Shown piece by piece: positions 1-9,213 of a stretch of DNA of 39,645 nucleotides. Position numbers and translations under genes: made by a program. The stretch is from an uncultured archaeon (GTDB lineage Archaea > Aenigmatarchaeota > Aenigmatarchaeia > QMZP01). The notes under the pieces were generated by a model. It had not been told where the DNA came from. It worked only from the letters and a program-made list of their open reading frames with translations, and did not search any database. Each line of letters begins with the position of its first letter. Position 1 is the first letter of the stretch. The stretch lies in assembly GCA_964475515.1 (NCBI GenBank), contig CAYYWW010000001.1:12611-52255 (forward strand), written 5' to 3'.

Positions 1-1
1 G

Positions 2-268
2 GTAAAAGAGATTAATAAAAAGATTGAAGATTATAATGTTATTGTTAAAAAAGGAGTGAGAAACATCCTAAAAAATGAGATAAAACACGATGAATATAAA
101 AATGTTATTAAAGAAATCGATACCATAAAAAAACATCTAAACAAGTACGACAACAATATGAAAAACCTCTCTCAAGAAATTTCTAATTTAAAGAAGGAAA
201 TTAAATATATGGAAGATAAAATAGTTGAAAAAATTCAGGCTCAAATAGCAAGGGTGTTGGTTGGATGA
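2..268 (+). CDS. K/E-rich coiled-coil protein, 5' end outside the window
   Basis: The frame is open from nt 2 (VKEINKKIEDYNVIVKKG...), so the GTG at 56 is only the ORF caller's first start. Heptad-like K/E/I/L composition. The stop overlaps the next ATG (ATGA at 265-268). Confidence 0.45.
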   Translation, partial: VKEINKKIEDYNVIVKKGVRNILKNEIKHDEYKNVIKEIDTIKKHLNKYDNNMKNLSQEISNLKKEIKYMEDKIVEKIQAQIARVLVG

Positions 269-1194
269 TAGGCATACAAAAGAATAAACCTGAAAAAATA
301 ATCTCCTTGAGAGAGGGTATAGAAAGACTTGTCAAACAAATTCAGAAAGAGGAAATGGAAAAGTTTAAGAAGGAAATCTCGATTGCTTTGAAAGAAAACA
401 AAGAGATGATAAAAGATATTAAAAGCGATATAAAGGTTCTGGAAAACAGTGTAAAAGACATGCTGACATTTCAAGAGTCTTTAAAGAAGCTTAAAATAGC
501 CACATTGGAAAAAAATCTCCAGAGAAGTGGACTCAAGCAATTGAAAGAAGTCGCAGAGACTGCTAAAAGAATAGATGAAATCGCTGAAAAACTGGAATCA
601 ATGGAAGATGACATAATTAAATTGAAGAATGAGAACGAATCGCTTAAAAAAATAAAAAAGGAAATTTCTCGCGAAAGTGAACTTATTAAAGCAAAAGAGG
701 AGTTGTTAGATGAACTGAAAAATGAAGTAGAAAAAATATCCAAAGTGAACAAGTCATTTGATGATGTCAGAAACCAACTCGAAGGTTTAGAGAGTAAGAT
801 TAATGCAATAGATAAAGAAATGCATGAGATGGAAAAGAATTTTTTCACCGAGCTCGATTTGATGAAAAGGGAATTTAACAAAATAACATCGGATACTGAA
901 AATAAAAAATATGTAGAACTGAAAAAAGACATGGAGAACTTCAAAGAAGAGTTGGAAAAAATTAAAGAAAAATCATTGATGGGAAAAATAAATAGAATCG
1001 AAAGGGAACTGAAAAGGAGTGTTGAAAAAGAAATAAAATCGGTTGAACAAAAATCGGTGGTAAGTGTAAGAAATAGTCTTATAAATGAAATCAGTGGGTT
1101 GAGGGATGAAATCGAAGACTTGAAAGAAAAAATAAACGCCATTGAAAGGCAAATAAAATCTGTAAAACTCTCAATTCCCGTTGTGATAGAGTAA
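265..1194 (+). CDS. long coiled-coil protein (309 aa), function unknown
   Basis: Uninterrupted 309-codon ORF with extreme K/E/L/I heptad-like composition and a short hydrophobic C-terminal tail (LSIPVVIE). Translationally coupled to the upstream coiled-coil ORF. Confidence 0.55.
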   Translation: MIGIQKNKPEKIISLREGIERLVKQIQKEEMEKFKKEISIALKENKEMIKDIKSDIKVLENSVKDMLTFQESLKKLKIATLEKNLQRSGLKQLKEVAETAKRIDEIAEKLESMEDDIIKLKNENESLKKIKKEISRESELIKAKEELLDELKNEVEKISKVNKSFDDVRNQLEGLESKINAIDKEMHEMEKNFFTELDLMKREFNKITSDTENKKYVELKKDMENFKEELEKIKEKSLMGKINRIERELKRSVEKEIKSVEQKSVVSVRNSLINEISGLRDEIEDLKEKINAIERQIKSVKLSIPVVIE

Positions 1195-1235
1195 AATGAT
1201 GAAACTATTAAATACAGTTTCACTTAAATTTTTCT

Positions 1236-2450
1236 ATGGCCGAAAATGCAGAGATAATAGAAATAGCAAAAAAGATATTAAAGATAGGTTATGTGTGTGA
1301 TCATTGTTTGGGCAGACAGTTCGCTCAGTTATTAAGTGGTCTTACAAATGAAGAGAGGGGTAGAATCATAAGATTATTTCTTGCAATGAACTATGAAGTT
1401 AAACCGTTCGATGCCGATCTGAGTAATTTTTGCAGTTTTAAGTTCAGAAATCAGAAACTTAAGGTTGTTAAAAAGAAAAAATGCTGTATATGTAATGATG
1501 TTTTTGAGAAACTGGATGGTTTTAAATCAGAAGTTGAAAAAAAACTAAAGGATGTGGAGTTTGAAACGTTTCTAGTTGGAACAAAGCTTTCTCATGATCT
1601 TATTGAGAAGGAGGAGAGTTTGTGGGAAGAAATAGGCATACTATATTGTGAACCCATAAAGGCAGAAATTAACAGAGAATTTGGGAAAATTTTGCAAAAA
1701 TTGTTCAAAAAAGAAGTGAATGAAAAAAATCCTGATGTAAACATTATTTTAAATTTAGAGAAAAACAAAGTAGAAGTTAAAATAAATTCGCTGTTTATAT
1801 TTGGAAAGTACAAGAAGTTGGTTAGAGGTATACCCCAAACAAAGTGGGATATGTATGATGAGACTGTAGAAGATATAATAGCCGAGTCTGTAATGAAGCT
1901 CACTAAAGGTAAATCACACGCATTCCATGGGGCAGGAAGAGAGGATATAGATGCTAGATGTCTTGACTGGAGACCTTTTGTTTTCGAGGTGAAAGAACCG
2001 CTAAAAAGAAACATTAACCTGAAAAAAATCGAGAAAGAGGTAAATAAAAGTAAAAAAATTCAGATAGGTTTTTTAAGATTTTCCAATAAAGAAGAGGTAA
2101 GGAAAGTAAAAAACTTAAAACTTGATAAAACTTACCGTGTTGTTGCTGTTTTTGAAAAACCACTGAAAAATTTAGAACTGTTAAAAAAGCTTGAAGGTGA
2201 AATAAACCAAAAAACTCCAACACGTGTTCTACACAGAAGAGCAGATCTAATAAGAAAGAGAAAAGTGAAATCTATAAAATGGAAAAAAATTGATGACAGA
2301 ACGCTGGAGCTTGAAATAAGGGCGGAGTCGGGGTTATATATAAAGGAGTTGATAACAGGAGATAACGGAAGAACAAAACCATCAGCTTCTGAACTTTTAA
2401 ATAACCCTGCAAATGTAAAAGAGCTTGATGTTATAAGGATATGGCAGTGA
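1236..2450 (+). CDS. pus10: tRNA pseudouridine synthase Pus10
   Basis: N-terminal GYVCDHCLGRQFA zinc-ribbon signature plus a second CCIC pair. Its length (404 aa) and the C-terminal ...GLYIKELITGDNGRTKPS motif are typical of archaeal Pus10. Confidence 0.85.
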   Translation: MAENAEIIEIAKKILKIGYVCDHCLGRQFAQLLSGLTNEERGRIIRLFLAMNYEVKPFDADLSNFCSFKFRNQKLKVVKKKKCCICNDVFEKLDGFKSEVEKKLKDVEFETFLVGTKLSHDLIEKEESLWEEIGILYCEPIKAEINREFGKILQKLFKKEVNEKNPDVNIILNLEKNKVEVKINSLFIFGKYKKLVRGIPQTKWDMYDETVEDIIAESVMKLTKGKSHAFHGAGREDIDARCLDWRPFVFEVKEPLKRNINLKKIEKEVNKSKKIQIGFLRFSNKEEVRKVKNLKLDKTYRVVAVFEKPLKNLELLKKLEGEINQKTPTRVLHRRADLIRKRKVKSIKWKKIDDRTLELEIRAESGLYIKELITGDNGRTKPSASELLNNPANVKELDVIRIWQ

Positions 2451-2878
2451 TAATAAATTTGTGCTCTATGTGGTTCTTAAACTATCTCATCCTTCAATAT
2501 TATTTTGCGAGGGCCTATTAAAGCGGATCTTCTCAGAAATTCTAGATTGGTAAAATCCCTAGTGTTTATAATTTCCAAGAATATATTAAGGATTGATAAA
2601 CGGTATTTTTTGCTTTGAATATGACCTTGTCACCATTTTCGACTAATACATCATATATTATCTCAGGGTTTTTCAGTCTCATAAAGATACGTGACTGGAT
2701 AACCTTCGATTATTTTCAGTTCTCTTACTAATTTTTTACGCAACTTCATAGCTAACATTGAATAAAACATAAAAACTTTCAAAATATTATCTGATCTAGC
2801 ATTTTGAGTAAAGAATAAACATCTAATTGCAATAAAACATTTAAACTTGTCTTTCTATTTTGTTAGTATGGTGATAGT

Positions 2879-3157
2879 GTGAAGTCCAAAGGATTCAGAT
2901 CAGGAACGAGAAGAAAACTGAAAAAAAATATCAGAGAGAAATTTAAACCTGAAAATTACATAAGAAAGTTTTCCCTTAAAGATAGGGTTGTTATTGATCC
3001 TGATCCTGCTTCACAGAAAGGCATGCCGTTCCCGAGGTTTAAGGGAAAGGTCGGCGAAATCGTAGGAAAAAGAGGAGACGCCTACATAATTAAAATAAAG
3101 GACGGGGACAAAGTGAAACAGGTTATAGCAAGGCCCGAGCACATAAAACCTATTTGA
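2879..3157 (+). CDS. rpl21e: 50S ribosomal protein L21e
   Basis: KSKGFRSGTRRKL N-terminus and KGMPFPRFKGKVGEIVGKRGDAY SH3-like core. GTG start. Sits in the conserved archaeal L21e-RpoF-DUF655 order. Confidence 0.9.
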   Translation: MKSKGFRSGTRRKLKKNIREKFKPENYIRKFSLKDRVVIDPDPASQKGMPFPRFKGKVGEIVGKRGDAYIIKIKDGDKVKQVIARPEHIKPI

Positions 3158-3195
3158 TAGGTAAAAGATATTAATAAATAAAACAAGTGTTGTAT

Positions 3196-3525
3196 ATGGA
3201 AATAAAGAATGAAAAATACGTAACAATGGCAGAAGCTAAACAATTGCTCAAAGAAAAGGAAAAAACAAAAGAGCTTGGTTATGAGCAAAAAAATGCCTTG
3301 GAATTTCTCAATAAATTCTCAAAGTTAAAATTAAAGGATGCGAAACAGATGTTTGAAGAACTTAAACAAATACAAAAACTGAAAGAAAAGCATATAGTAA
3401 GTATCATAGATCTTTTACCAGCGGATAAAGATGACTTAAGAGTGCTTTTCGCGAATGAGATAATAAGCTTATCAGAAGAGGAGAAAAAGAAAATATTGGA
3501 CATAGTGAAAAAATATGTTACGTAA
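3196..3525 (+). CDS. rpoF: DNA-directed RNA polymerase subunit Rpo4/F
   Basis: About 110 aa and helical, with motifs ...YVTMAEAKQLLKEKE...EQKNALEFL...HIVSIIDLLP typical of the Rpb4/RpoF family, in the conserved position after L21e. ATG at 3196 is preferred over the GTG at 3187 given by the ORF track. Confidence 0.8.
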   Translation: MEIKNEKYVTMAEAKQLLKEKEKTKELGYEQKNALEFLNKFSKLKLKDAKQMFEELKQIQKLKEKHIVSIIDLLPADKDDLRVLFANEIISLSEEEKKKILDIVKKYVT

Positions 3526-3571
3526 CAGAATTCTGTAAATTTTTTTTAATATAAACTTTAATTCTATAACT

Positions 3572-4177
3572 ATGATTGCGAAAAAAGATATTAAAAAAGA
3601 TGAATGGGCAGTAGTTTTGGATTTCTTAGCCCATGGTCACTATGGAATGGATAGGCCACAGCCTGTTGCCCAAGTACTAGGTGAAAAATATTTCTCTTTA
3701 CTCGAAGTCATAGTCAGAGATGGTGTAACACTTCATGCTGGAGATAGGGTTTACATAGGTGATAAAAAAAGAGAGCATGTGAAATATATAAGGGAGAGAA
3801 TAAAAATGGAGAACCTAACAGCCGCTGCCAAAGAAGAGCTCCCGAATGCAGTAGAAAAAATAGTTGAAAAAAATCCAAAAGCATTTGTTGATTTTTTCAA
3901 TAATTCGTCTCAGATAACGAACAGGATGCATCAGCTGGAGTTATTACCAGGAATAGGAAAAAAACATTTATGGGCTATATTAGAAGAACGAAAGGTCAAG
4001 CCATTCGAATCATTTGATGATATTAAAAAAAGAGTGCCTCTCATACCCAACCCTGAGAAGATGGTTGTGAAAAGAATACTACTGGAGTTGGAAGATAAAG
4101 ACAAGTATAGAGTTTTTGTACCTAAATTTGAAAAGGGAATGTCAAAACAAAGTATATATAAAAAGTATCCAATATAA
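3572..4177 (+). CDS. DUF655-family protein (OB-like N-terminus plus helix-hairpin-helix)
   Basis: Motifs EWAVVLDFLAHGH...VAQVLGEKYFSLLEV and LELLPGIGKKHLWAILEER (HhH). Conserved position downstream of rpoF in archaea. Confidence 0.8.
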   Translation: MIAKKDIKKDEWAVVLDFLAHGHYGMDRPQPVAQVLGEKYFSLLEVIVRDGVTLHAGDRVYIGDKKREHVKYIRERIKMENLTAAAKEELPNAVEKIVEKNPKAFVDFFNNSSQITNRMHQLELLPGIGKKHLWAILEERKVKPFESFDDIKKRVPLIPNPEKMVVKRILLELEDKDKYRVFVPKFEKGMSKQSIYKKYPI

Positions 4178-4189
4178 TATCAGGTTAAT

Positions 4190-4621
4190 ATGCTTGTTAA
4201 AGATGTGATGGTAACAGACGTAAAAACAATAGAGCAAGAAAGCAGTGTGCAAGAGGCGGCAAAAGAAATGGTAAAGAATCGTGTAGGGAGCTTAATTGTT
4301 GTGAAAGAAACGAGACTTGTTGGAATAGTCACAGAAGATGATATACTGAAAAAAGTAGTTGCAGAAAACAAAAACCCAAGTAAAGTAAGAGTTAAAGAAA
4401 TAATGACAAGGAAGGTTATAATGATAGACCCCAACGAAGATCTAGATTATGCATTGGAAATAATGAAAAGTAAAAAAATAAAAAAACTTCCTGTTGTTGC
4501 GGGGAACAAGCTCATAGGTATAGTTACAACTACTGATATTTGCATGGCTGAACCAATGGCAATAAAAAAATTAAGCGAACTCTTATTAATACCCCAGGAT
4601 AGAAAAATCATTGCAGGTTAG
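4190..4621 (+). CDS. CBS-domain pair protein
   Basis: Two CBS repeats: VKDVMVTDV...LVGIVTEDDILKK and VKEIMTRKV...LIGIVTTTDI. Confidence 0.8.
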   Translation: MLVKDVMVTDVKTIEQESSVQEAAKEMVKNRVGSLIVVKETRLVGIVTEDDILKKVVAENKNPSKVRVKEIMTRKVIMIDPNEDLDYALEIMKSKKIKKLPVVAGNKLIGIVTTTDICMAEPMAIKKLSELLLIPQDRKIIAG

Positions 4622-4639
4622 GCCGTATTTTTCATAATC

Positions 4640-5260
4640 ATGGAGAAGGTACTGGTCGTTCCGAGAGCTGTACTTTTTGGTGTTAGAAATGAAAGACTTT
4701 TTCAAGGTTTTTGGCATGGGAAAAACGATAAAATTGAAAGTATAATTTCAAAATGCCATTACTTTGTGCCAAGAAATGAAGCAGAAAATAATCATTATTT
4801 CAAGCAAATTGTCCCTTACATTGTTTTTAAACACAAAAATCGCTTTTTCGTTTACAGACGCACTTCGAAGGGATCGGACAAAAGGCTACATTTTCTTTAC
4901 TCTATTGGTATAGGGGGACATATAAACCCACTTGATACCAAAGATATGAAAGGAAACGAATTTGAAGTCGTAGTTAATGCTATGAAAAGGGAGTTCAAAG
5001 AAGAAGTGGTATACCCACATGACTATGAATTCAAAAAAATAGGGTACATTAATGATGATTCTGATCCGGTTGGTATGGACCACTTTGGTGTTGTATTCTT
5101 AGTTGAAGGTACAAGTCCCGACATTAGAGTGAGAGAAACAGAAAAAATTAGAGGAAAGTTAGTAGAATTTAAAAAGATTGATAATTTTTCAAATAATTTC
5201 GAGAGCTGGTCAAAAATTGTGTGGAAATGGATAAAAAATTATTATCGATTCTTAAAATAA
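4640..5260 (+). CDS. NUDIX-fold-like protein (degenerate Nudix box)
   Basis: GIGGHINPL...NAMKREFKEEV resembles GX5EX7REUXEEXGU, but imperfectly. Size is about 200 aa. Confidence 0.45.
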   Translation: MEKVLVVPRAVLFGVRNERLFQGFWHGKNDKIESIISKCHYFVPRNEAENNHYFKQIVPYIVFKHKNRFFVYRRTSKGSDKRLHFLYSIGIGGHINPLDTKDMKGNEFEVVVNAMKREFKEEVVYPHDYEFKKIGYINDDSDPVGMDHFGVVFLVEGTSPDIRVRETEKIRGKLVEFKKIDNFSNNFESWSKIVWKWIKNYYRFLK

Positions 5261-5265
5261 TGAAA

Positions 5266-5407
5266 TGGGCTCGAGGGGATTTTCACATAAAAACGTGTTG
5301 AACCCCTGACCTTCGGCTTTTACGCCTTAGCTTGGCGGCCTTATAAGACCGACGCTGTAGTCTACCACTCCAATGGAGCGGATCTAACCAAGCTGAGCTA
5401 CGAGCCC
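5266..5407 (-). tRNA. tRNA-Ile(UAU), three-intron model
   Basis: Minus strand reads GGGCTCG-TA-GCTC-AGCTTGGTTA-GA[27 nt]GC-G-TCGGT-CTTATA[23 nt]A-GCCGA-AGGTC-AGGGG-TTCAA[17 nt]AT-CCCCT-CGAGCCC-A. After removing + coords 5356-5382, 5319-5341 and 5281-5297, a 75-nt cloverleaf forms with a perfect 7-bp acceptor stem and anticodon TAT. A TATA-like TTTATTAA lies about 30 nt upstream. No CCA is encoded. Confidence 0.75.
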
Positions 5408-5552
5408 ATATTTTTATGTTAAGATAACCTTTAATAAACATTTTAACATTGAATTAATAAACTCGTAAAATTTAAAAATAAGGATTATATATAAACTATA
5501 TAATTCCTTGAGTTCTATGGAATTTTTATCGTAAAATTAAGAGGTGATAAGA

Positions 5553-7193
5553 ATGACAAATGGACAGTTAGGCGGACAGCCTGTACTGATATTGCCAGAA
5601 GGCGCTATAAGGATGAGGGGTAAAGATGTGCTTAGAGCCAACATTGCCGCTGCAAAGGCTGTTGCCGATGCTGTCAAGACAACACTGGGTCCAAAAGGCA
5701 TGGATAAGATGTTAGTAGACAGCTTAGGTGACATTACCATAACAAATGATGGAGCAACTATTTTAGAGGAAATGCAAATAGAGAATCCAGCAGCAAAAAT
5801 GATGGTTGAAGTTGCAAAAACTCAGGATAAAATGGTCGGTGATGGTACAACAACAGCAACAGTTCTTGCAGGTGAATTACTCAAAAGAGCAGAAGATTTG
5901 CTTGAACAGGAAATACATCCAACAGTCATTACAAAAGGTTACAGGATAGCGAAGAAGAAAGCATTAGAAGTGCTTGATAAAATAGCAATAAATGTTGAAA
6001 TAACTAACGAAGATGTCTTGAAAAAAATAGCTCAAACAGCAATGACTGGCAAATCAGCGGAAAAGGCCAGTGAGGAACTTGCAAATATTGCCGTAGAAGC
6101 AATTAAAAAAGTTGCAAGAGTTGATGGGAATAGCGTGAGCGTGGATGTAGATGACATAAAAATAGAGAAAAAAGAGGGTGGGTCAATGAATGATACAGAA
6201 CTAGTAAATGGTATAGTGATTGACAAGGAGGTCGTTCACTCAGATATGCCAAAAACTGTGAAAAACGCCAAAATAGTTTTACTTGATTGTGCGTTGGAGA
6301 TCAAAGAACTTGAAGGTGATGCAAAGATAAATATAGACACACCGGAAAAAATGCAGGCATTTCTCGAGAGTCAGGAAAAATCATTAAAGGACATGGTAGA
6401 CAAAATAGTTAAGACAGGTGCTAATGTAGTGTTTTGTCAGAAAGGTATAGACGATGTTGCGCAGTATTACCTGGCTAAAAACGGTATACTAGCAGCAAGG
6501 AGGGTTAAAAAAAGTGATATGGAGAAACTTGCAAAGGCAACAGGAGCAAAAATAGTCAGTAATTTAAATGACTTAAATAAGAACGATCTTGGATCTGCAG
6601 GTTCTGTTAAAGAAAAGAAAATATCAGATGAAGAGATGATATTTGTTGAGGAGTGTAAGAAACCAAAAGCTGTGACGATCCTTGTAAGAGGCGGTACAGA
6701 GCATATAGTTGATGAGGTTGAAAGAGGCGTTGAAGACGCAGTAAAAGGTTTAGCAGCTGCTCTAGAGCTTGGAAAAATAGTAGCAGGTGGTGGAGCGTGT
6801 GAAATAGAAGTTGCAAAAGAGCTTAGAAAATACGCAGAGACGCTCAAAGGACGCGAACAGCTTGCAGTAAAGGCATTTGCAGATGCGGTAGAAGTAATAC
6901 CAAGAAGTTTAGCAGAAAACTCAGGACTTGACCCCATTGATGTGCTCGTTAGTTTGAGAGCAGAGCATGACAAAGGTAATGTACATCACGGGATTGACGT
7001 TTTTACAGGAAAATCTCAGGACATGGTAAAAACAGGTGTTGTAGAGCCTTTAAAAATTAAATTGCAGGCAGTGAAATCAGCAAGTGAGGCAGCAGAGATG
7101 ATACTGAGAATAGATGATATGATATCAGCAGCAAAGAGTGAGAAATCAGGACCAGGACCGTCGAGAGGTGGTCCAGGAATGGACGAATATTAG
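5553..7193 (+). CDS. ths: thermosome subunit (group II chaperonin)
   Basis: Motifs [35 protein letters not shown] and a C-terminal GGPGMDEY tail. GAGGTGA Shine-Dalgarno motif lies 5 nt before the ATG at 5553; the ORF-track GTG at 5544 sits inside that motif. Confidence 0.95.
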   Translation: MTNGQLGGQPVLILPEGAIRMRGKDVLRANIAAAKAVADAVKTTLGPKGMDKMLVDSLGDITITNDGATILEEMQIENPAAKMMVEVAKTQDKMVGDGTTTATVLAGELLKRAEDLLEQEIHPTVITKGYRIAKKKALEVLDKIAINVEITNEDVLKKIAQTAMTGKSAEKASEELANIAVEAIKKVARVDGNSVSVDVDDIKIEKKEGGSMNDTELVNGIVIDKEVVHSDMPKTVKNAKIVLLDCALEIKELEGDAKINIDTPEKMQAFLESQEKSLKDMVDKIVKTGANVVFCQKGIDDVAQYYLAKNGILAARRVKKSDMEKLAKATGAKIVSNLNDLNKNDLGSAGSVKEKKISDEEMIFVEECKKPKAVTILVRGGTEHIVDEVERGVEDAVKGLAAALELGKIVAGGGACEIEVAKELRKYAETLKGREQLAVKAFADAVEVIPRSLAENSGLDPIDVLVSLRAEHDKGNVHHGIDVFTGKSQDMVKTGVVEPLKIKLQAVKSASEAAEMILRIDDMISAAKSEKSGPGPSRGGPGMDEY

Positions 7194-7284
7194 ATGTTGT
7201 TTTCTCTTTCTTTTATTTTCTTCTTTTATTTGTTGGGCATTACGTTTGTAAACTTTTTATATAACGAAGAGTATAATAATATTC

Positions 7285-7746
7285 ATGGAAGACGAAGAGT
7301 ATGAGATTATTCCGGCGTCTCCATTAAGGAGATTGGAAAAGCGAATAGAAAGAATAGAATCCAGCAGTTCTTCTTCTGAAATTAGAAATCTTATCGAACA
7401 AATAATAGAACTTATAAAAACCAACCAGAGGGTCATTGATGATATAATAAAATCTGACGCAGAGTTAAGAAATGAAATATCTAAGGTGCCAAACAAAATA
7501 GACAAGTTGATAGATACAATGAACGAATTCATGGAGCTGTTGAAAGCAGGCGCTGCGGAGGAGACTGTGGATGAAATTTCAAAGGATGTTATGAAACCTG
7601 TTGTAGAAAAGCTTGATGAGCTCGTTAAACAGAACAAAACGAACTTAGAAATTACACAATCACTTTTAGAAAGTATGGAAACATTAGATAAAAGGATCAA
7701 AAGACTTTCTTTGGAAATGGCGGGGATATACAGAAAAAGAATGTAA
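7285..7746 (+). CDS. soluble coiled-coil protein heading the pilus-like locus
   Basis: 153-aa acidic helical ORF with no TM segment, placed directly upstream of the pilin-like genes. Confidence 0.5.
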   Translation: MEDEEYEIIPASPLRRLEKRIERIESSSSSSEIRNLIEQIIELIKTNQRVIDDIIKSDAELRNEISKVPNKIDKLIDTMNEFMELLKAGAAEETVDEISKDVMKPVVEKLDELVKQNKTNLEITQSLLESMETLDKRIKRLSLEMAGIYRKRM

Positions 7747-7776
7747 TATAAATAAACCTCAATAAAAATAATAAAT

Positions 7777-7983
7777 ATGAAAAAAGTAAAAAAGGATATA
7801 AGCTTACAGGCAGTGATAGTAACTGTTATAATAGTACTTGCAGCGACATTTGTTTTGCTTGCAATTAATATATCGGCGGGGCAAAATTTTTTAACAGAAT
7901 CGCTTTTAATAATAATAGAAATAACATTGTTAGCAATGTTTGCCAGCTTAAGAAAAATTGAATACGCGGTAGGAGGTAAATAG
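7777..7983 (+). CDS. small two-TM membrane protein
   Basis: 68 aa, basic N-terminus MKKVKKD followed by two hydrophobic helices. The stop lies 1 nt before the next ATG, and GGAGGT for the downstream gene sits within its 3' end. Confidence 0.4.
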   Translation: MKKVKKDISLQAVIVTVIIVLAATFVLLAINISAGQNFLTESLLIIIEITLLAMFASLRKIEYAVGGK

Positions 7984-7984
7984 T

Positions 7985-8374
7985 ATGAAAAGAAAAGGTA
8001 TAACACCTGTCGTATCAATAATAATTTTATTGTTTATAACAGTTGCTTTGCTTGGATCTGCATGGAATTATTTGCAGGGATTTCTTTTGGGAAGGATATC
8101 AAAAAGTTTTGATATACCAACAAACGGTATTTATTGTGATGGCGGTGTTATAAAAGTTATAATACAAAATACTGGTCAGGGCAGTCTCACAGAAGACGAT
8201 TTTATAGTACACGATGTAGATGGTACTGAGGTTCCTTTGCAAAATCTTCCTCTCGAGCCAGGAAAAGCCGCAACAATAATTGAGTATGATTGCGGCGGAA
8301 CGTGTAAAGAATACCACACAATAAATCTGGGAACCCAAGCGAACATAGTACATCCAAAAGTATATTGCCCATGA
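7985..8374 (+). CDS. archaeal type IV pilin-like protein (class III signal peptide)
   Basis: MKRKG|ITPVVSIIILLFITVALLGSAW matches the archaeal pilin N-terminal pattern (K/R-G followed by a hydrophobic helix). Cys-rich extracellular part (YCDGG, DCGGTC, VYCP). Confidence 0.7.
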   Translation: MKRKGITPVVSIIILLFITVALLGSAWNYLQGFLLGRISKSFDIPTNGIYCDGGVIKVIIQNTGQGSLTEDDFIVHDVDGTEVPLQNLPLEPGKAATIIEYDCGGTCKEYHTINLGTQANIVHPKVYCP

Positions 8375-8994
8375 AAGGACAAACAAATGCTATATCTATA
8401 ATTTTGGTGACAGGCATAGTTGTGGGTTTAGTGGGCACTGCTTATTTCTGGGGCCTCCCACTGATAGAAAAGAGGTCTACCATAACTAAGTTTACAACTG
8501 CAGAAACATTCGCAAAAAAACTCAACGAAAAAATAATCGATATAGCAAATTCAGATTCTGGACATAAAACATTAGATATACCATTTGGTGCTATTAAAGT
8601 GGTTCCATACAGTCCAGGTGAGGAAAGCAATTATATACTTTTTGAATTCGAAGTTAGTCAGCCGCTTGTTCTAAATTCTAGTATAGTGTATCTCGAGGAA
8701 GCAACATTTGAAGATGTAACAAGCGAGGTGGGTGTGTTCGGAATATCCTCGCCAAGTGTATTATCCATGGAATCCGAGCCCTTTGGGGATGAATTTAAAA
8801 TTAAAATTAAAATACAGTACAGAGAGCTGGACTCTTCAGATCCCAGAAAAGGATATAAAATAGTTTTGGATAGTATCAAGAAGACGGGTAATAACAAAGT
8901 AACAATCTCTTATGGTAAGAGAGAAGTTTTAGAGGGTCAGGCTAAAAACGGTGGTGATTTGATACTAACACATATAAATATAGAGGTTGTATAG
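8371..8994 (+). CDS. pilin-like protein with class III signal peptide and about 180-aa beta-rich domain
   Basis: MKGQ|TNAISIILVTGIVVGLVGTAYFWG. The ATG at 8371 overlaps the upstream stop (ATGA); the ORF-track TTG at 8365 is less likely. Confidence 0.55.
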   Translation: MKGQTNAISIILVTGIVVGLVGTAYFWGLPLIEKRSTITKFTTAETFAKKLNEKIIDIANSDSGHKTLDIPFGAIKVVPYSPGEESNYILFEFEVSQPLVLNSSIVYLEEATFEDVTSEVGVFGISSPSVLSMESEPFGDEFKIKIKIQYRELDSSDPRKGYKIVLDSIKKTGNNKVTISYGKREVLEGQAKNGGDLILTHINIEVV

Positions 8995-9014
8995 AGTCAC
9001 GGTGAAACTCTCTT

Positions 9015-9125
9015 AAAAAGTGAATTTAAGCGTACCGAGAATGTTTTATAATTTAAAATGGTAAATCCATAAAAAACAGTAGTTTGCGAAATTAATTTTT
9101 TCATTTGTTAACAAAAAGTGAATTT
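9015..9125. repeat. 13-nt direct repeat AAAAAGTGAATTT, two copies (9015-9027 and 9113-9125)
   Basis: Two exact copies 98 nt apart, inside the only sizeable non-coding gap of the pilus-like locus. Confidence 0.6.
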
Positions 9126-9140
9126 TTCAAGAAATTAAAA

Positions 9141-9173
9141 CTGCGCAAGGCGGAAATTTTTAGACATGCGCAG
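9141..9173. promoter_or_regulatory. perfect 7-bp inverted repeat CTGCGCA-N19-TGCGCAG
   Basis: A GC-rich palindrome in an AT-rich spacer about 40 nt upstream of the 9214 ATG. A TATA-like TTTATAAATTTTA follows it. Confidence 0.35.
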
Positions 9174-9213
9174 TAAATTTATAAATTTTATTATTAGCTG
9201 TTGTAATTATTAA

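Noticed and set aside
471-1223. 250-aa minus-strand ORF antisense to the coiled-coil gene
   Set aside because: Its S/F/I/L low-complexity sequence is the mirror image of K/E-rich codons. It has no motifs and is fully embedded in a better-supported + strand gene.
6467-6973. 168-aa minus ORF (and other shadow ORFs at 5537-5740, 6032-6226, 6607-6816) inside the thermosome gene
   Set aside because: The thermosome reading frame is unambiguous. These Ala/Ser-rich shadow ORFs are an expected artefact.
7257-8018. 253-aa minus-strand ORF across the start of the pilus locus
   Set aside because: It is antisense to three well-behaved + strand ORFs with coupled starts. Its composition is the low-complexity I/S/F typical of antisense AT-rich coding DNA.
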